Notes: a model not told the origin generated them from the sequence alone. Positions 50,095-61,378 are shown, numbered from the stretch's first letter. The stretch is DNA of 64,000 nt from Methanobacteriota archaeon (GCA_029553285.1 JAKPCO010000106.1:1921-65920), one strand, 5' to 3'. Made by a program: numbers and translations.

Positions 50095-50394
50095 AACACA
50101 TCACCCTGATGTCTGCATTCGACACATATCTGCAAGAGCGTTTGCATCATGCTTTCCTCCACACATCAAGTACTTCAATGTATATTTTCGTGCTTTGATG
50201 CGCTTTCTTGTTAAAACACTTTCCCTCGATGGGTCGATGACCCATAAAACTGAGATCTGAATGTATGCACCCAAGCGTTATCTTGCACCACCGCATCGAA
50301 CTCCGTTGCAACCATCCTCAAAAAGGTTATATAATGTGATTTTAGGTTCTATGATGAACATATTGTTTCTCTAATCCATCTGGAGGACAACCGA

Positions 50395-51747
50395 TTGAGA
50401 TCCAAGATACTGCTTGATGAGGAGGATATACCGAAGAGATGGTACAATGTGGCGGCAGACCTGCCGAGGCCTCTTGACCCGCCGTTGAACCCGGCGACGC
50501 ATGAGCCTCTGAAGCCGGAGGACCTCGAGCCGATATTCCCGAAGTCTCTAATAAAGCAGGAGATGAGCACCGAGCGGTGGATAGACATACCTGAGGAGGT
50601 GAGGGACGTCTACAGGCTCTGGCGTCCAACACCTCTGTACAGGGCTGTCAGGCTCGAAAAGGCCCTCAGGACTCCTGCCAGGATCTACTACAAGTATGAG
50701 GGTGTGAGTCCGGCAGGAAGCCACAAGCCGAACACTGCGGTCCCTCAGGCTTACTACAACATGAAGGAGGGCATAGAGAGGATAGCCACAGAGACCGGTG
50801 CAGGACAGTGGGGCTCGGCGCTTGCGCTTGCCACCTGCATCTTCGGCCTGAAATGCACGATCTACATGGTCCGCTCGAGCTACGATCAGAAGCCGTACCG
50901 GAGGAGCATGATGCGGGTCTGGGGTGCGGAGTGCTTCCCAAGCCCGAGCAACAGGACGAACGCGGGCAGGAGGATTCTGGAGCAGTTCCCGGACACGCCT
51001 GGCAGCCTGGGAATAGCGATATCAGAGGCTGTCGAGGACGCGGTCATGCATGATGATACAAACTACGCCCTCGGATCTGTGCTGAACCACGTGCTTCTCC
51101 ACCAGACCGTCGAGGGGCTTGAGGTCAGGAAGCAGTTCGAGCTCGTGGACGATTACCCTGATGTGATATACGGCTGCTGCGGCGGTGGAAGCAACTTCCC
51201 GGGGGTGTGCTTCCCATTCATCCCGGACAAGCTCAACGATAGAAAGGAGCTCAGGCTTGTGGCATGCGAGCCGACTGCATGTCCGAGCCTTACCAAGGGT
51301 CTGTACACATACGACTACGGGGATACTGCGCGCCTGACGCCGCTGCTCAAGATGTACACGCTCGGCCACGACTTCGTTCCGCCCGGGATACACGCCGGAG
51401 GGCTGAGGTACCACGGGGATGCGCCCCTGCTCTGCAGCCTGGTGAATGCGGGGATCATCGAGGCCCAGGCGTTCCACCAGCGCGAGGTCTTCGAGGCCGC
51501 GACGATCTTCGCGCGCGCGGAGGGCATCGTGCCGGCGCCGGAATCCGCACATGCGATCAAGCCCGCGATCGACGAGGCGATAAGATGCAGGAAGACCGGC
51601 GAGACGAAGACTCTGCTCATAAACCTGAGCGGCCACGGGCACTTCGATCTCTCTGCGTACGATGCGTACAATGATGGGATCCTCGAGGATTATGAGTATC
51701 CAGAGGAGCTGGTGAGGCAATCGCTTGCCAGGCTGCCGAAGGTCTAG
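50395..51747 (+). CDS. trpB2: TrpB-like PLP-dependent enzyme (tryptophan synthase beta, type 2)
   Basis: 450 aa. [14 protein letters not shown]-terminus typical of TrpB2. PLP lysine context GSHKPNTA and GGGSNF motif. Confidence 0.85.
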   Translation: MRSKILLDEEDIPKRWYNVAADLPRPLDPPLNPATHEPLKPEDLEPIFPKSLIKQEMSTERWIDIPEEVRDVYRLWRPTPLYRAVRLEKALRTPARIYYKYEGVSPAGSHKPNTAVPQAYYNMKEGIERIATETGAGQWGSALALATCIFGLKCTIYMVRSSYDQKPYRRSMMRVWGAECFPSPSNRTNAGRRILEQFPDTPGSLGIAISEAVEDAVMHDDTNYALGSVLNHVLLHQTVEGLEVRKQFELVDDYPDVIYGCCGGGSNFPGVCFPFIPDKLNDRKELRLVACEPTACPSLTKGLYTYDYGDTARLTPLLKMYTLGHDFVPPGIHAGGLRYHGDAPLLCSLVNAGIIEAQAFHQREVFEAATIFARAEGIVPAPESAHAIKPAIDEAIRCRKTGETKTLLINLSGHGHFDLSAYDAYNDGILEDYEYPEELVRQSLARLPKV

Positions 51748-52873
51748 GCTCGGGTTTCTGATCAATCCGATAGCTGGCATGGGGGGAGCGGTTGGGCTAA
51801 AGGGCACAGATGGTGTCGCTGCTCTCGCAGAGCGCCTCGGTGCCTCCCCTGTATCCAGAGAGAGAGCAGAGAGGGCAGTCAGAAGGCTTCTCGAGCTCTC
51901 AGGGGGATCAATCCCGGTCCAGGTGCTCACCGCGGGCGGTTCCATGGGAGAGAGCCTGCTGTCGGAGATGGGTGTGGAGCACTCTGTTGTACACACCCCG
52001 GGGGAGAAGACAACAGCTGAGGACACAAAAAGAGCATGCTCTATATTTGCATCTGATGGTGTGGATCTGATACTCTTCTGTGGAGGAGATGGCACCGCGA
52101 GGGATGTTGCATCTGTATCTGGAGATCTGCCGATCCTCGGCATACCATCCGGCGTGAAGATGCACTCAGGGGTGTTCGCCGTTAGCCCGGAGGCAGCTGC
52201 AGATCTCGCTTATGGGTATCTTAGAGGCGAGCTCAGGACGAGGGATACAGAGATAGCGGATGTGGAGGAGGAGCGCTACAGAAATGGCGAGCTTGTGGTG
52301 CGCATCTACGGTGCGGCCAGGACGCCCTACCTTCCGGCGCTGGTTCAGCAGAGGAAACAGATCTACGCAAGCTCTGATGAGGAGCACTTCAAGCGCGAGA
52401 TCGCTCAGTTCGCCAGGGAGTTCATGAGCGACGGCTCATACTACATCCTCGGAGCTGGGACCACCACCGCGAAGATCGCCGAGCTGATCGGATGCGATAA
52501 GACTCTTCTTGGGGTTGATGTCATCCGGAACGGGAGGACTGTGATAAAGGACGCATCCGAAAGCGATCTGCTGAGGCTTCTCGGTGAGATCGATGGTGAT
52601 GTGAGGATCATCGTCAGCCCGATAGGCGCTCAGGGATTCATTCTGGGGAGAGGCAGCCAGCAGATAAGCCCGAGGGTTCTGAGGATCGTGGGTCCGGAGA
52701 GACTGATACTGATAGCGACGCCTCACAAGCTGAGGGATCTGAGGTATCTTTTGGTCGACACCGGAGACGTGGAGATCGACAGGGCACTGGCGGGAAGGCG
52801 GCAGGTTGTGACAGGATACAGAATAGCACAGCTGAAGGAGGTGAGGGCTGCAAGCGATGTATTCGAGACATGA
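51725..52873 (+). CDS. ATP-NAD kinase-like protein (COG3199 type)
   Basis: [21 protein letters not shown] and [10 protein letters not shown] motifs. The start is uncertain, because 51725 overlaps trpB2 by 23 nt. Confidence 0.55.
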   Translation: MPGCRRSRLGFLINPIAGMGGAVGLKGTDGVAALAERLGASPVSRERAERAVRRLLELSGGSIPVQVLTAGGSMGESLLSEMGVEHSVVHTPGEKTTAEDTKRACSIFASDGVDLILFCGGDGTARDVASVSGDLPILGIPSGVKMHSGVFAVSPEAAADLAYGYLRGELRTRDTEIADVEEERYRNGELVVRIYGAARTPYLPALVQQRKQIYASSDEEHFKREIAQFAREFMSDGSYYILGAGTTTAKIAELIGCDKTLLGVDVIRNGRTVIKDASESDLLRLLGEIDGDVRIIVSPIGAQGFILGRGSQQISPRVLRIVGPERLILIATPHKLRDLRYLLVDTGDVEIDRALAGRRQVVTGYRIAQLKEVRAASDVFET

Positions 52874-52975
52874 GGAGGAAGCGAAGAGAATGCCAAGAGC
52901 TCCCGGCCGCAGGTTAAAGCAGAGTGGCAATCTGGAAAACCGGAAGTGATTCAGAAGCTTATCTGCCATCTGGGG

Positions 52976-54907
52976 CTATCCTGTCCTGGGGTTCAGGCGA
53001 AAGGGTATGGATCTGCTGACCCTCTCGCCGTACCTCCCGCGAAGCTCGACTTTTACTGTGTAATTTCCAGGCCTCCAGAGGCCGGTCTCCCAGAATGTTG
53101 TGTATATGCTGTTGCGATCGAAGTCGACCAGCGGTATCTCTGCCTCCTTCTCAGCTCCTGTTATCGTGGAAGTCACCTCCTCGACCTCGCCTGCGACGAG
53201 CGCCTCGATCACAACAAGATCCCCAACATTTGCCTCGTTCGAGCTCAGGTCAACGCTCTTCAGCTCAGGCCCGGCCACCATCTCCGGATCGTTTCTCAGG
53301 TACTGAACGGCCCTGGTGATGTTCATCGCCCCCCAGCCGAACGTGTTATCCGCGCCTGGATCCCCAAGATCATCCGCAGATCTCAGAAGCACCCTCTTGA
53401 CATCAGCTGGAGTCAGGTTCCCGAAGCCCTCCAGAATCAGAGCAGCAGCTCCAGCAACCTGTGGAACTGCCATGGATGTCCCGCTCATGCAACTCTCATC
53501 GTTCTTCGTTCCTGCGAGCGCTGATGGCACATCGACCCCGATGGTCACTATGTCCGGCTTGATTCTGCCATCGGAGGTGGGCCCGCGTGAGGATCGCTCA
53601 AAGATTCTCCCCCTTGCGTCTATGGCGCCGACGGTTATCACCTCCTCCGCCTCTCCAGGAACGACGATGGAAGACGGCGATGGCCCGGAGTTGCCGGCCG
53701 CAACAACAACGATAATTCCCTCCTCGGCCATCTTGTTGCAGGCCTCATCGAGGAGCGTCGGCCTGTCAGAGCTCCGATCCCCTCCGACGCTGAAGGATAT
53801 CACCCTGATATCGTACACATCCCTGTTCTTGGCGCACCAGTCAAGTGCGGAGAGCGCGTCGGAGAGATAGCATGATCCATCCCTGTCCATGACCTTAAGT
53901 ACGACAAGCTTCGAACCGGGCGCCACACCCATGCCCTTTGTGCCGGATATCAGGCTCGCGCAGTGCGTTCCGTGACCGTTGTCATCATACGGTCTCTCAA
54001 GGTTGTTGACCATATCAACGAATGCAACGATCTTGGGATCAGATGTTGCTGGATCATCATCAAGGTCATCCAGAGATTCGTGCTCTGCATCCACACCAGT
54101 ATCGATGAGTGCAACTGTCACGCCCCTGCCTGTAAGCCCTGTCGCCGCTCTCCTCGGGTTCTCAGGAGTTCCAGGCACGTCTGATTCGCTCCCTCCGCAC
54201 GCCCCGCCGAGCACCCTGAGCTTCTGATCTCTGTATATCCCCTTCACACCCCTGAGCCTGGCCAGCTCCGGGATTCTGTTCCCTGGAACGAGCATGGCGC
54301 TCCCTCGCAGGATATCCAGGTTTCTCAGCTTTTCGCCCTCAGACTCAGTCACATTATCATCATGAAGCACTATCACCCTGGTCTCCTCAGGGCCGAGTGA
54401 TTCCAGGGAGTCCTCTATCCTGTTCGCGTTGAGGTCCAGCGGATCGAGAACCCTGAGCGATCTGCACGGGGTTACGGCTGCGTTTCCAGCCCTGTCCACG
54501 GCAACTATGCTCACATTATAATCACCTGGAGGAAGGTTCGAGCCACAGTAGCCGATGTACCTTCCGTCCCCGTCCAGATCGAACATCAGCACCTGTTTTC
54601 TGCCGACCTCCGCGTACACTGAGGATATGCCAGATCTGTCATAGATGTTCGCGCTTATCTCCGCCCTCGGATCGCCGCGCTTCAGCTGGTATGGAAAAAT
54701 CCTGGGGTTGGTTATGACCGGCGGTGTGGTGTCGCTGTGATCCCTCTCCATGAGAGCCCTGAACTCCTTCTGGAACCATCTCGTCGCCCTGTCTGAGATG
54801 AACGGGTCCTCGGCGAAGACTATGGAGAGGAGGAGAGCAGCCGCTAGGGCAGCCGAGAAAATACGCATCGCCTTTCTGCCTGTTATTCCCCTCTCCGGAT
54901 TGCCCAC
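52976..54907 (-). CDS. Secreted subtilisin-like (S8) serine protease with Ig-like modules
   Basis: Catalytic triad motifs VALIDTGVD, HGTHCAS, SGTSMAVP. Signal peptide from M14 (probable start 54868). PPGDYNVSIVAVDRAGN and RPGNYTVKVEL modules. Confidence 0.9.
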   Translation of the reverse strand: MGNPERGITGRKAMRIFSAALAAALLLSIVFAEDPFISDRATRWFQKEFRALMERDHSDTTPPVITNPRIFPYQLKRGDPRAEISANIYDRSGISSVYAEVGRKQVLMFDLDGDGRYIGYCGSNLPPGDYNVSIVAVDRAGNAAVTPCRSLRVLDPLDLNANRIEDSLESLGPEETRVIVLHDDNVTESEGEKLRNLDILRGSAMLVPGNRIPELARLRGVKGIYRDQKLRVLGGACGGSESDVPGTPENPRRAATGLTGRGVTVALIDTGVDAEHESLDDLDDDPATSDPKIVAFVDMVNNLERPYDDNGHGTHCASLISGTKGMGVAPGSKLVVLKVMDRDGSCYLSDALSALDWCAKNRDVYDIRVISFSVGGDRSSDRPTLLDEACNKMAEEGIIVVVAAGNSGPSPSSIVVPGEAEEVITVGAIDARGRIFERSSRGPTSDGRIKPDIVTIGVDVPSALAGTKNDESCMSGTSMAVPQVAGAAALILEGFGNLTPADVKRVLLRSADDLGDPGADNTFGWGAMNITRAVQYLRNDPEMVAGPELKSVDLSSNEANVGDLVVIEALVAGEVEEVTSTITGAEKEAEIPLVDFDRNSIYTTFWETGLWRPGNYTVKVELRGRYGERVSRSIPFRLNPRTG

Positions 54908-54921
54908 CTCACTACCTCTAC

Positions 54922-56379
54922 CTACTGGATCACAATCGTGAGGGCATCCTCAAACTCCTTTGAGAGCGAGTACACCGTCACAACAAAGCTGACATGGTAG
55001 CTGCCAGGAGATGCGCCTGTCGCGTCCCATGTCCCGACGTATTCATCATCGGAGACCCTCTCCATGGGGACGGATGCGACCTCATTGCCCTCTGAGTCCC
55101 TTATCTTTGCGGTGCATGTGAAGTACTGCGTGGAGCTGCCCAGACTCAGTCCAGGGTTCTTGCTCTTAGTCAGAGAGCCTGCCCATACCGTTATGGGTTC
55201 GCATGTCGCGCAGCCCATGACGCTGAGCGTCGTCAGGTTCTCATCTGTCCTGTTCGTCTTATTCGCATCCTCCGGCACCTCGAAGACAGCGTGGATCTTC
55301 ACAGGCCCTGGGGTTGCTGGATTCGGCTCAGCTCTCGTCAGGGTGCTGTTGAGCTGCATCCTGAACGCCGGCAGGTTCTTCAGCCAGTCGTTCCATGTGT
55401 AGATCCTGGCATCGTATCCCATCATCTTCAGCGCAAACCACACCATCGACGCCTTGAACTCGGTGTTTGCGTAGACCACGACAGGCTTATCCTTTGTAAG
55501 GCCTGCAAAGACGCTCTCCAGCACCGACTCGTTCTTCAGCCTGCCGTTCTCGGTGACCATGTCGTATGGTATGTTCAGAGCTCCAGGTATCGCTCCCTGG
55601 CCGAACGCATCGAACGTCCTGGAGTCCACTATCTGCACATCAGCATTCTTCACGTAATCATTCGTCGCCAGCAGCTCTGATCTGATCCTCTGAACTGTGT
55701 AGGTTGTGGCAGGTCTCACAGATGGTGTGCTCTGCACCGGCAGGCCTGCAGCCTTCCAGTCCTCTGTATCCCCATCCAGGAGCTTCAGCCTGCTCTCGTC
55801 ATGGCCCATGTATAACATAAGCCAGTACACAAATGTGGCCCCGAATGGCCCACCCAGACATGTCGGGCAGTTATAATCAGTGCCTGTCAGCACAACCCTG
55901 TCGCTGGGGGAGATCCCGGCGTTTCCGAGAAGCGCTGCTATCTCATCCACTGATTTGAGCTCCTTGTTCTCGTTGTAGAACTCCATGTAGTTTATGTGCA
56001 CCGCGCCGTCTATGTACTCGCTAGCTCCGTTGCTCACATCCAGCACGACATCAGATCTGGCGACGCCTGTGACCGGGACGAGCATGCTGCTTGATCTAAC
56101 AGGCGCGCTTTCAGTCGCTTGATTTGATGCAGCATCGCTATTCGTCTCAGACGTCTGAAGGCTCTTGTTGAAGAGCGGGTTCTTGAGCCTCTCGGTCTTT
56201 GCAGACACCACCGGGGCTGATGTCTTCTCCTCCTCAGGCCCCAGGCTCTTCAGGAACCCCTCGTGTGGATACTCTTCATAATCTGGCTTGCACAGCGGGC
56301 AGGCAGCACTCGCCCACTGCATGCTCATTGCAGAGATGACAAGCATCATTCCAAACACAATGATGAATCTGCGAATCAT
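54922..56379 (-). CDS. Secreted tandem rhodanese-like protein lacking the catalytic cysteine, with C-terminal Ig-like domain
   Basis: Signal peptide ending ASAACPLCKPD. Shares GLPVQSTPSVR, VQIVDSRTF, IPGALNI, PVVVYANTEFKASMVWFALKMMGY blocks with 39678-40685. Confidence 0.7.
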   Translation of the reverse strand: MIRRFIIVFGMMLVISAMSMQWASAACPLCKPDYEEYPHEGFLKSLGPEEEKTSAPVVSAKTERLKNPLFNKSLQTSETNSDAASNQATESAPVRSSSMLVPVTGVARSDVVLDVSNGASEYIDGAVHINYMEFYNENKELKSVDEIAALLGNAGISPSDRVVLTGTDYNCPTCLGGPFGATFVYWLMLYMGHDESRLKLLDGDTEDWKAAGLPVQSTPSVRPATTYTVQRIRSELLATNDYVKNADVQIVDSRTFDAFGQGAIPGALNIPYDMVTENGRLKNESVLESVFAGLTKDKPVVVYANTEFKASMVWFALKMMGYDARIYTWNDWLKNLPAFRMQLNSTLTRAEPNPATPGPVKIHAVFEVPEDANKTNRTDENLTTLSVMGCATCEPITVWAGSLTKSKNPGLSLGSSTQYFTCTAKIRDSEGNEVASVPMERVSDDEYVGTWDATGASPGSYHVSFVVTVYSLSKEFEDALTIVIQ

Positions 56380-57920
56380 GATCTTCCTCTCAGCTGGGCC
56401 ATCGCAGCCTCAAAGCTGCGCTCCGCCCTGGGCTTGATCCTGAACTTCCCTATAACCTCTTCTAGTTCATATCCTCTTCTATCTGTCGCTGCGATCACAA
56501 CCGAGTACTCACCAGGATCGAGAAGTGCAGTGGTAAGAGAGCCCTCGTAATGATCGCCGGCCTGGTAGAGACGCACATACGACCTGGACTCCGGTATCCT
56601 TGCCGATACCTGGGAAAGACCGTTGACCGATTCGATCCATGCCTTTATGAGAAGCTGTTCTCCGGCTTCGATCTCTTCCGGGATGCTCGCATTCAGTATC
56701 TTTATGGGCCTGAGCTCGTATCCCATGACAGGGTACATGTCCCTCGAGCGGTTGCTGATCTCTCTTGGAGTGTCGCCGAATCCATCCGGCCCCGGCACAT
56801 CCTGGGCAGGCCCGCTGCGCTCATCCACGCCTGAGTAATCGCTCCAAGCGTTCCCCCCTACAGGGTACGGAGCGTTCCATATGTTCTCTCCTCTGTCCAC
56901 AGCCTGGACCACATTGTCTATGAGGCGATTGGAGTGGAAGATGTTGCTGTTAGACTCAACGAATATCCCAGTGGGGCTCTGAGTGATGCTGTTCCCCACC
57001 ACAGTGTTGCCGTCGCTCTTTCCCTGTATCTGTATGCCGAACCTGATGTTTGAGCGTATATCGTTGCCGAGTATCTCGTTCTCCCCCGAGTCCAGGAGAG
57101 ATATTCCTGCGACCTGGTTATCAGTGATTGTGTTGTTTCTTATTACGTTGTGATTGCATTTGAACCTGAGATCTATTCCATTTGCCCTGTTTCCGGAGAT
57201 CAGGTTCTTCTCTATGATGTTCTTCGAGCAGCCCGTGAACATGTAGACTCCGTACATGTTGCCGTTGAGCGTGTTCCCCCTTATCGTGTTGTTGGAGCAT
57301 GATGTGGAGAGGTGTATCCCATACGCTCCGTTGTTGCTGGCGATATTGTTCACTATCAGATTATCGTTGGAGGAGTCTGTGAGGTATATCCCGTACCATC
57401 CCTCCCCGACGACACCGTTGTAGCTTGCGTTGTTGTTCGCGATTGTGTTTCCGGATGATGTGAGAAGGACTATTCCAGGCTGCTTGCAGCCTGTCACCGT
57501 GTTGTTGGTGATGCTGCATCCACTGACCCTGCTCAGCCTTATCCCGTAGAGGCCGTTCCTGACTGTGAACCCGGAGATGTTCACCATGTCCGCCTCAACG
57601 CTTATGCATGCGTCCGATGATGATGCTATTACAGTTGCCCCATCGCCTATGAGGTTCAGACGCTTGTTCACTGTGAACTTCTCGTAAACTCCCGGCCCGA
57701 CGATGATGGTGTCTCCCGGAGATGCTGCATCTATGCTTCTCTGTATATCGCTTCCTACATGGATTGTGGCTGCGCTGCCTGTTATCGAGAGGGCCATGAG
57801 CAGTGTGAACGCGATCGCTGCTGATAGGCACAAACCAAAAATCAGGCGGCACGGATTTACACATATCTCTTCTGAAGTCCCAGGCAATTTGATGCGCTGC
57901 CAGCTCAGGCGAATGCTCAA
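56376..57920 (-). CDS. Secreted right-handed parallel beta-helix (NosD/PbH1-like) repeat protein
   Basis: More than 10 consecutive ~23-aa repeats of the type NNxIxxNxxxGIxLxxSxxNxI. C-terminal Ig-like DPGEYSVVIAATDRRG. Probable start is GTG 57860, giving a signal peptide. 4-nt overlap with the downstream gene. Confidence 0.8.
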   Translation of the reverse strand: MSIRLSWQRIKLPGTSEEICVNPCRLIFGLCLSAAIAFTLLMALSITGSAATIHVGSDIQRSIDAASPGDTIIVGPGVYEKFTVNKRLNLIGDGATVIASSSDACISVEADMVNISGFTVRNGLYGIRLSRVSGCSITNNTVTGCKQPGIVLLTSSGNTIANNNASYNGVVGEGWYGIYLTDSSNDNLIVNNIASNNGAYGIHLSTSCSNNTIRGNTLNGNMYGVYMFTGCSKNIIEKNLISGNRANGIDLRFKCNHNVIRNNTITDNQVAGISLLDSGENEILGNDIRSNIRFGIQIQGKSDGNTVVGNSITQSPTGIFVESNSNIFHSNRLIDNVVQAVDRGENIWNAPYPVGGNAWSDYSGVDERSGPAQDVPGPDGFGDTPREISNRSRDMYPVMGYELRPIKILNASIPEEIEAGEQLLIKAWIESVNGLSQVSARIPESRSYVRLYQAGDHYEGSLTTALLDPGEYSVVIAATDRRGYELEEVIGKFRIKPRAERSFEAAMAQLRGRS

Positions 57921-58226
57921 TCAACCACCCCGGCTAACGAGATGTGTGGATCTTATAAATCTTGCTCACAACCGCGGATCGCGGGATGAGAGCCTCTCCG
58001 GCCATCTCTTCTGGAATTCCGCAGAATCACGCGATGGATGTTGGTCTCCTGAATCTCCGGTTGTGGGCCTGAACGGCTGAATGGACCGCCTGGGGTCGCA
58101 CTGATACCACTCTCTGTGATGGCATGCATCTGAATGATGGACGGCCGCATTTCCCGTATGGCAACCCAAAAAACAGATATAACTCCTGCCTCAGAGACCG
58201 GATGAGAGCTGAGCAGGGATCGCAGG

Positions 58227-59024
58227 ATGCGCAGGATACTGGTTACGAACGATGACGGGATTTACGCCCCGGGGCTGAGGGCAGCAGTGCGGGGCGTCGA
58301 GGATCTTGGGGAAGTGGTGGTGGTAGCTCCCTCCGGCCAGAGGAGCGGCGTTGGTAGGTCTGTCTCGGTATTCGAGCCGCTGAGGATGGCAGAGGTGACC
58401 CTCGACGGGAAAAGAGCGTATGCTGTCTCCGGCACCCCGACAGACTCAGTCATACTGGGCATCTTTGTTGTGATGAAGGGGGAGCTGCCTGATCTCGCTG
58501 TCTCGGGCATAAATGTGGGGGAGAACATAAGCACAGACACCGTCACAACCAGCGGAACCATCGGCGCTGCCATAGAGGCCGCCAGCTACGGTGTACCCGC
58601 GATCGCGGCGTCGATACAGGTCGCGGATCAGGGTGACAAGTTCGATAACAACCACTCCGTGGAGTACAGGTTCGATACTGCTGTCAATCTTCTCCGCAGG
58701 ATTGCGATCAGGGTCCTGGAGAGGGGGATGCCTGAGGGGGTCGACATCCTGAACATCAACCTGCCGCTGAATGCCACTGAGGACACGGAGATAGTCGTCA
58801 CGAGGCTTGCGAGGAAGATATTCAGGACAGCTGTCGAGGAGCGCAGGGATCCGAGGGGGCGTCCGTACTACTGGATCGGCGGGGATCTCATCTGCGGTGA
58901 GAGGGAGGGCACAGACGTCAGGGCTGTTTATCAGGAGGGAAAGATCTCGGTGACTCCGCTCACAATCGACTCCACGGCAAGGGTCGATTTCGCGGAAATC
59001 GTGGACCTGCTGGATAACATCTAG
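58227..59024 (+). CDS. surE: 5'/3'-nucleotidase SurE
   Basis: MRRILVTNDDGIYAPGLRA and SGINVGENIS motifs. Confidence 0.9.
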   Translation: MRRILVTNDDGIYAPGLRAAVRGVEDLGEVVVVAPSGQRSGVGRSVSVFEPLRMAEVTLDGKRAYAVSGTPTDSVILGIFVVMKGELPDLAVSGINVGENISTDTVTTSGTIGAAIEAASYGVPAIAASIQVADQGDKFDNNHSVEYRFDTAVNLLRRIAIRVLERGMPEGVDILNINLPLNATEDTEIVVTRLARKIFRTAVEERRDPRGRPYYWIGGDLICGEREGTDVRAVYQEGKISVTPLTIDSTARVDFAEIVDLLDNI

Positions 59025-59089
59025 CAAGCCCTGCGCGCGGTATCGCCTGGATGTGAAACAGAGCAGATCTCATCGGGGAGTGGCTGCAT

Positions 59090-61048
59090 TTGGAAACCGA
59101 GCTGCTTGGAGACATAGTGATCATATTTGTTCTCTCCTCAGCTGTGCTCTTTCTCTTCCACCGGATCAGGATGCCTGCGATTCTGGGGTATCTCATAACT
59201 GGCGTCATTGCAGGACCACAGTGTCTGGGCCTGATCCGCTCTCTCGATCAGGTTGCGGTTCTGGCTGAGATCGGTGTTATACTGCTCCTCTTCACCGTCG
59301 GCATAGAGATCTCCCTTAAGGATATGCTCCAGATAAAGAGGTTTGTTCTGGTCGGTGGCTTTCTGCAGGTGCTGTTCACCACACTTGCGGTCCTTTTTAT
59401 TCTTGCAAGCCTAGACAGACCCCCTGGGGAGGCTGTTGCCCTGGGGTTCATGGTATCGCTCAGCAGCACAGCCATAGTCCTCAGGATAATACAGCAGCGG
59501 GGGGAGTTTGATGCTCTCCACGGGCGGACCATACTTGGCATACTGATATTCCAGGATATCATAGTGGTTCCGATGATGATGCTCATACCCATGCTGCCCG
59601 GAGCGGCTGTATCCACATCAGAATCACCTCTTTATATCCTCTTCAAAGCGATGCTGCTCATAGCAGTTGTGATAGCAGGCGCGAAGTGGCTTGTGCCAAA
59701 GATCCTCTATCAGGTGCTGAAGACCAGAGATCACGAGCTTTTTCTACTCTTCACGGTTGGCATGTGCTTTGCCGTGGCCTGGCTCAGCTCATTTGCTGGG
59801 CTGTCTCTAGGGCTGGGCGCATTTCTGGCCGGACTGGTGATTTCCGAGTCTCCCTACAGCCTTCACGCGATCGGGAATATCCGACCGCTGCGGGATGCCT
59901 TCTCAAGCTTCTTCTTCGTATCCATCGGCATGCTTCTCGATATGAGGGTGCTCATTGATAACACAGCCCTCATCATAGCCATTTCAATCTGTGTTATATT
60001 AATAAAAGCTGTTACATGTGCACTGGCCATATCCATCCTCGGCCTTCCCATGCGCATGGTGGTGCTCGTCAGTCTAGCGCTGAGCCAGGTGGGGGAGTTC
60101 TCCTTCATACTCTCCAAGGTCGGGCTGGACTCCGGCATTCTATCCCCTGAGGTGTACCAGATGTTTCTGGATGTGACGGTGCTGACCATGGGTTCCACAG
60201 CCTTCATGATAGCCATATCGCACAGGGTGGCAGCTGGCTTCTCACAGCTCTCCAGATACGATGAGCTCGAGGGAATCCGGAAGCAGCATACGCTCAGAGA
60301 CCATCTGATTATCGTGGGTTTCGGGGTGAACGGAAGAAACGTTGCGATGGCTGCAAAGTCGAAGGGCATACCATATGTTGTGGTCGATTTAAATCCTGAT
60401 ATCGTGAGGGGTGAGGGTAAGAATGGAGAGCCCATCTACTATGGGGACGCAACACAGGAGTCCGTGCTGAGACATCTCGGAATAACAGATGCGAGGGTCA
60501 TGGTGATTGCAATCTCAGATCCGGTGGCCACACGCCAGATCGTTGAGATGGCAAGACGTCTGAATGAGGATGTTTTCATAATAGCAAGGACCCGCTACGT
60601 TCAGGAGGTTGAGGCCCTTCACAGTCTCGGCGCAGACGAGGTCGTCCCTGAGGAGTATGAGACGTCTGTCAAGATATTCGCAAAGGTTCTCGAGAGGTAT
60701 CAGCTCACCAGGGACGATATCGAGAGGATTGTGGAAGATATGCGTGCTGGTGACTACAGCCTCTTTCGCAGCGTCTGCGAGGAGGCCTACTGCGATGCAA
60801 ACCTGAAGCTCATGGGAAAGGTTATCTACACCATAAGAGTGCCTGAGGGCTCGAATGCTGCAGGCAGAGCTCTCGATGAGCTCGGCATTGAGGGCGTACT
60901 TGCGATTAACAGGGGCGATGAGACTCTGAGGCCAATCGGCGGATTGAGGCTACAGGAGGGCGATGTTCTGATAATAATAGGCCCACCCGAAAAGATGCGC
61001 GAGGTCGAGCGCATGCTGACTGAAATGGCTGGAGGATCAGAGCGGTGA
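59090..61048 (+). CDS. CPA2-family monovalent cation:proton antiporter with TrkA-N/TrkA-C (RCK) domains
   Basis: N-terminal ~390 aa are polytopic (PAILGYLITGVIAGPQCLG). RCK Rossmann motif IIVGFGVNGRNVA. C-terminal TrkA-C. TTG start. Confidence 0.85.
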   Translation: METELLGDIVIIFVLSSAVLFLFHRIRMPAILGYLITGVIAGPQCLGLIRSLDQVAVLAEIGVILLLFTVGIEISLKDMLQIKRFVLVGGFLQVLFTTLAVLFILASLDRPPGEAVALGFMVSLSSTAIVLRIIQQRGEFDALHGRTILGILIFQDIIVVPMMMLIPMLPGAAVSTSESPLYILFKAMLLIAVVIAGAKWLVPKILYQVLKTRDHELFLLFTVGMCFAVAWLSSFAGLSLGLGAFLAGLVISESPYSLHAIGNIRPLRDAFSSFFFVSIGMLLDMRVLIDNTALIIAISICVILIKAVTCALAISILGLPMRMVVLVSLALSQVGEFSFILSKVGLDSGILSPEVYQMFLDVTVLTMGSTAFMIAISHRVAAGFSQLSRYDELEGIRKQHTLRDHLIIVGFGVNGRNVAMAAKSKGIPYVVVDLNPDIVRGEGKNGEPIYYGDATQESVLRHLGITDARVMVIAISDPVATRQIVEMARRLNEDVFIIARTRYVQEVEALHSLGADEVVPEEYETSVKIFAKVLERYQLTRDDIERIVEDMRAGDYSLFRSVCEEAYCDANLKLMGKVIYTIRVPEGSNAAGRALDELGIEGVLAINRGDETLRPIGGLRLQEGDVLIIIGPPEKMREVERMLTEMAGGSER

Positions 61049-61118
61049 AGCCCCCCCACGCAGAGCCATCAAGTGTCGACCCCTAGGAAGCCCGCGATCA
61101 CATGGGCGTTGATCTTAA

Positions 61119-61241
61119 CGCTCTTATGTGTTTGGCAACTTGCAGGTCGTCAGTGTGGTTGCTGAACGCACTTATTCAATCATCAAGAATGCATGGCATG
61201 ACCAGTGCTTCTATGGGCAAGTTATCATATGGATGAGAGCG
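61119..61241 (+). mobile_element. MITE-like element family A, copy 10
   Basis: CGCTCTTATG...ATATGGATGAGAGCG. 8-bp TSD GATCTTAA at 61111-61118 and 61242-61249. Confidence 0.9.
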
Positions 61242-61282
61242 GATCTTAAAATCGAATACGCCGCAGCTTGCTGCTGGGTGCG

Positions 61283-61378
61283 TCGCAGCAGCGTGACGAA
61301 TTTGCTGTAAATTGGTGCAAAGCTGCTCTGGAGCATGCCGGCCTCTTTTGAATTTACTGCAAATCTGGCACACTCACC
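61283..61378 (-). mobile_element. Short element family C, copy 2 (approximate ends)
   Basis: The reverse complement shares gcagtaaattcaaaa / cggcatgct / caatttacagcaaattcg blocks in the same order with 21865-21955. The ends and any TSD could not be defined. Confidence 0.45.

Noticed and set aside
51022-52143. Long antisense ORFs opposite well-supported genes. Examples are the 373-aa ORF opposite trpB2/NAD-kinase-like, 4875-5963 opposite the P-type ATPase, 16236-17135 opposite cdc48, 34842-35681 and 34915-35667 opposite topA, 245-883 opposite the DHPS-like gene, and 23853-24557 opposite DUF169.
   Set aside because: These are typical GC-rich shadow frames. The sequences are low-complexity and R/P/S/A-rich with no motifs, while the opposite strand carries unmistakable family signatures.
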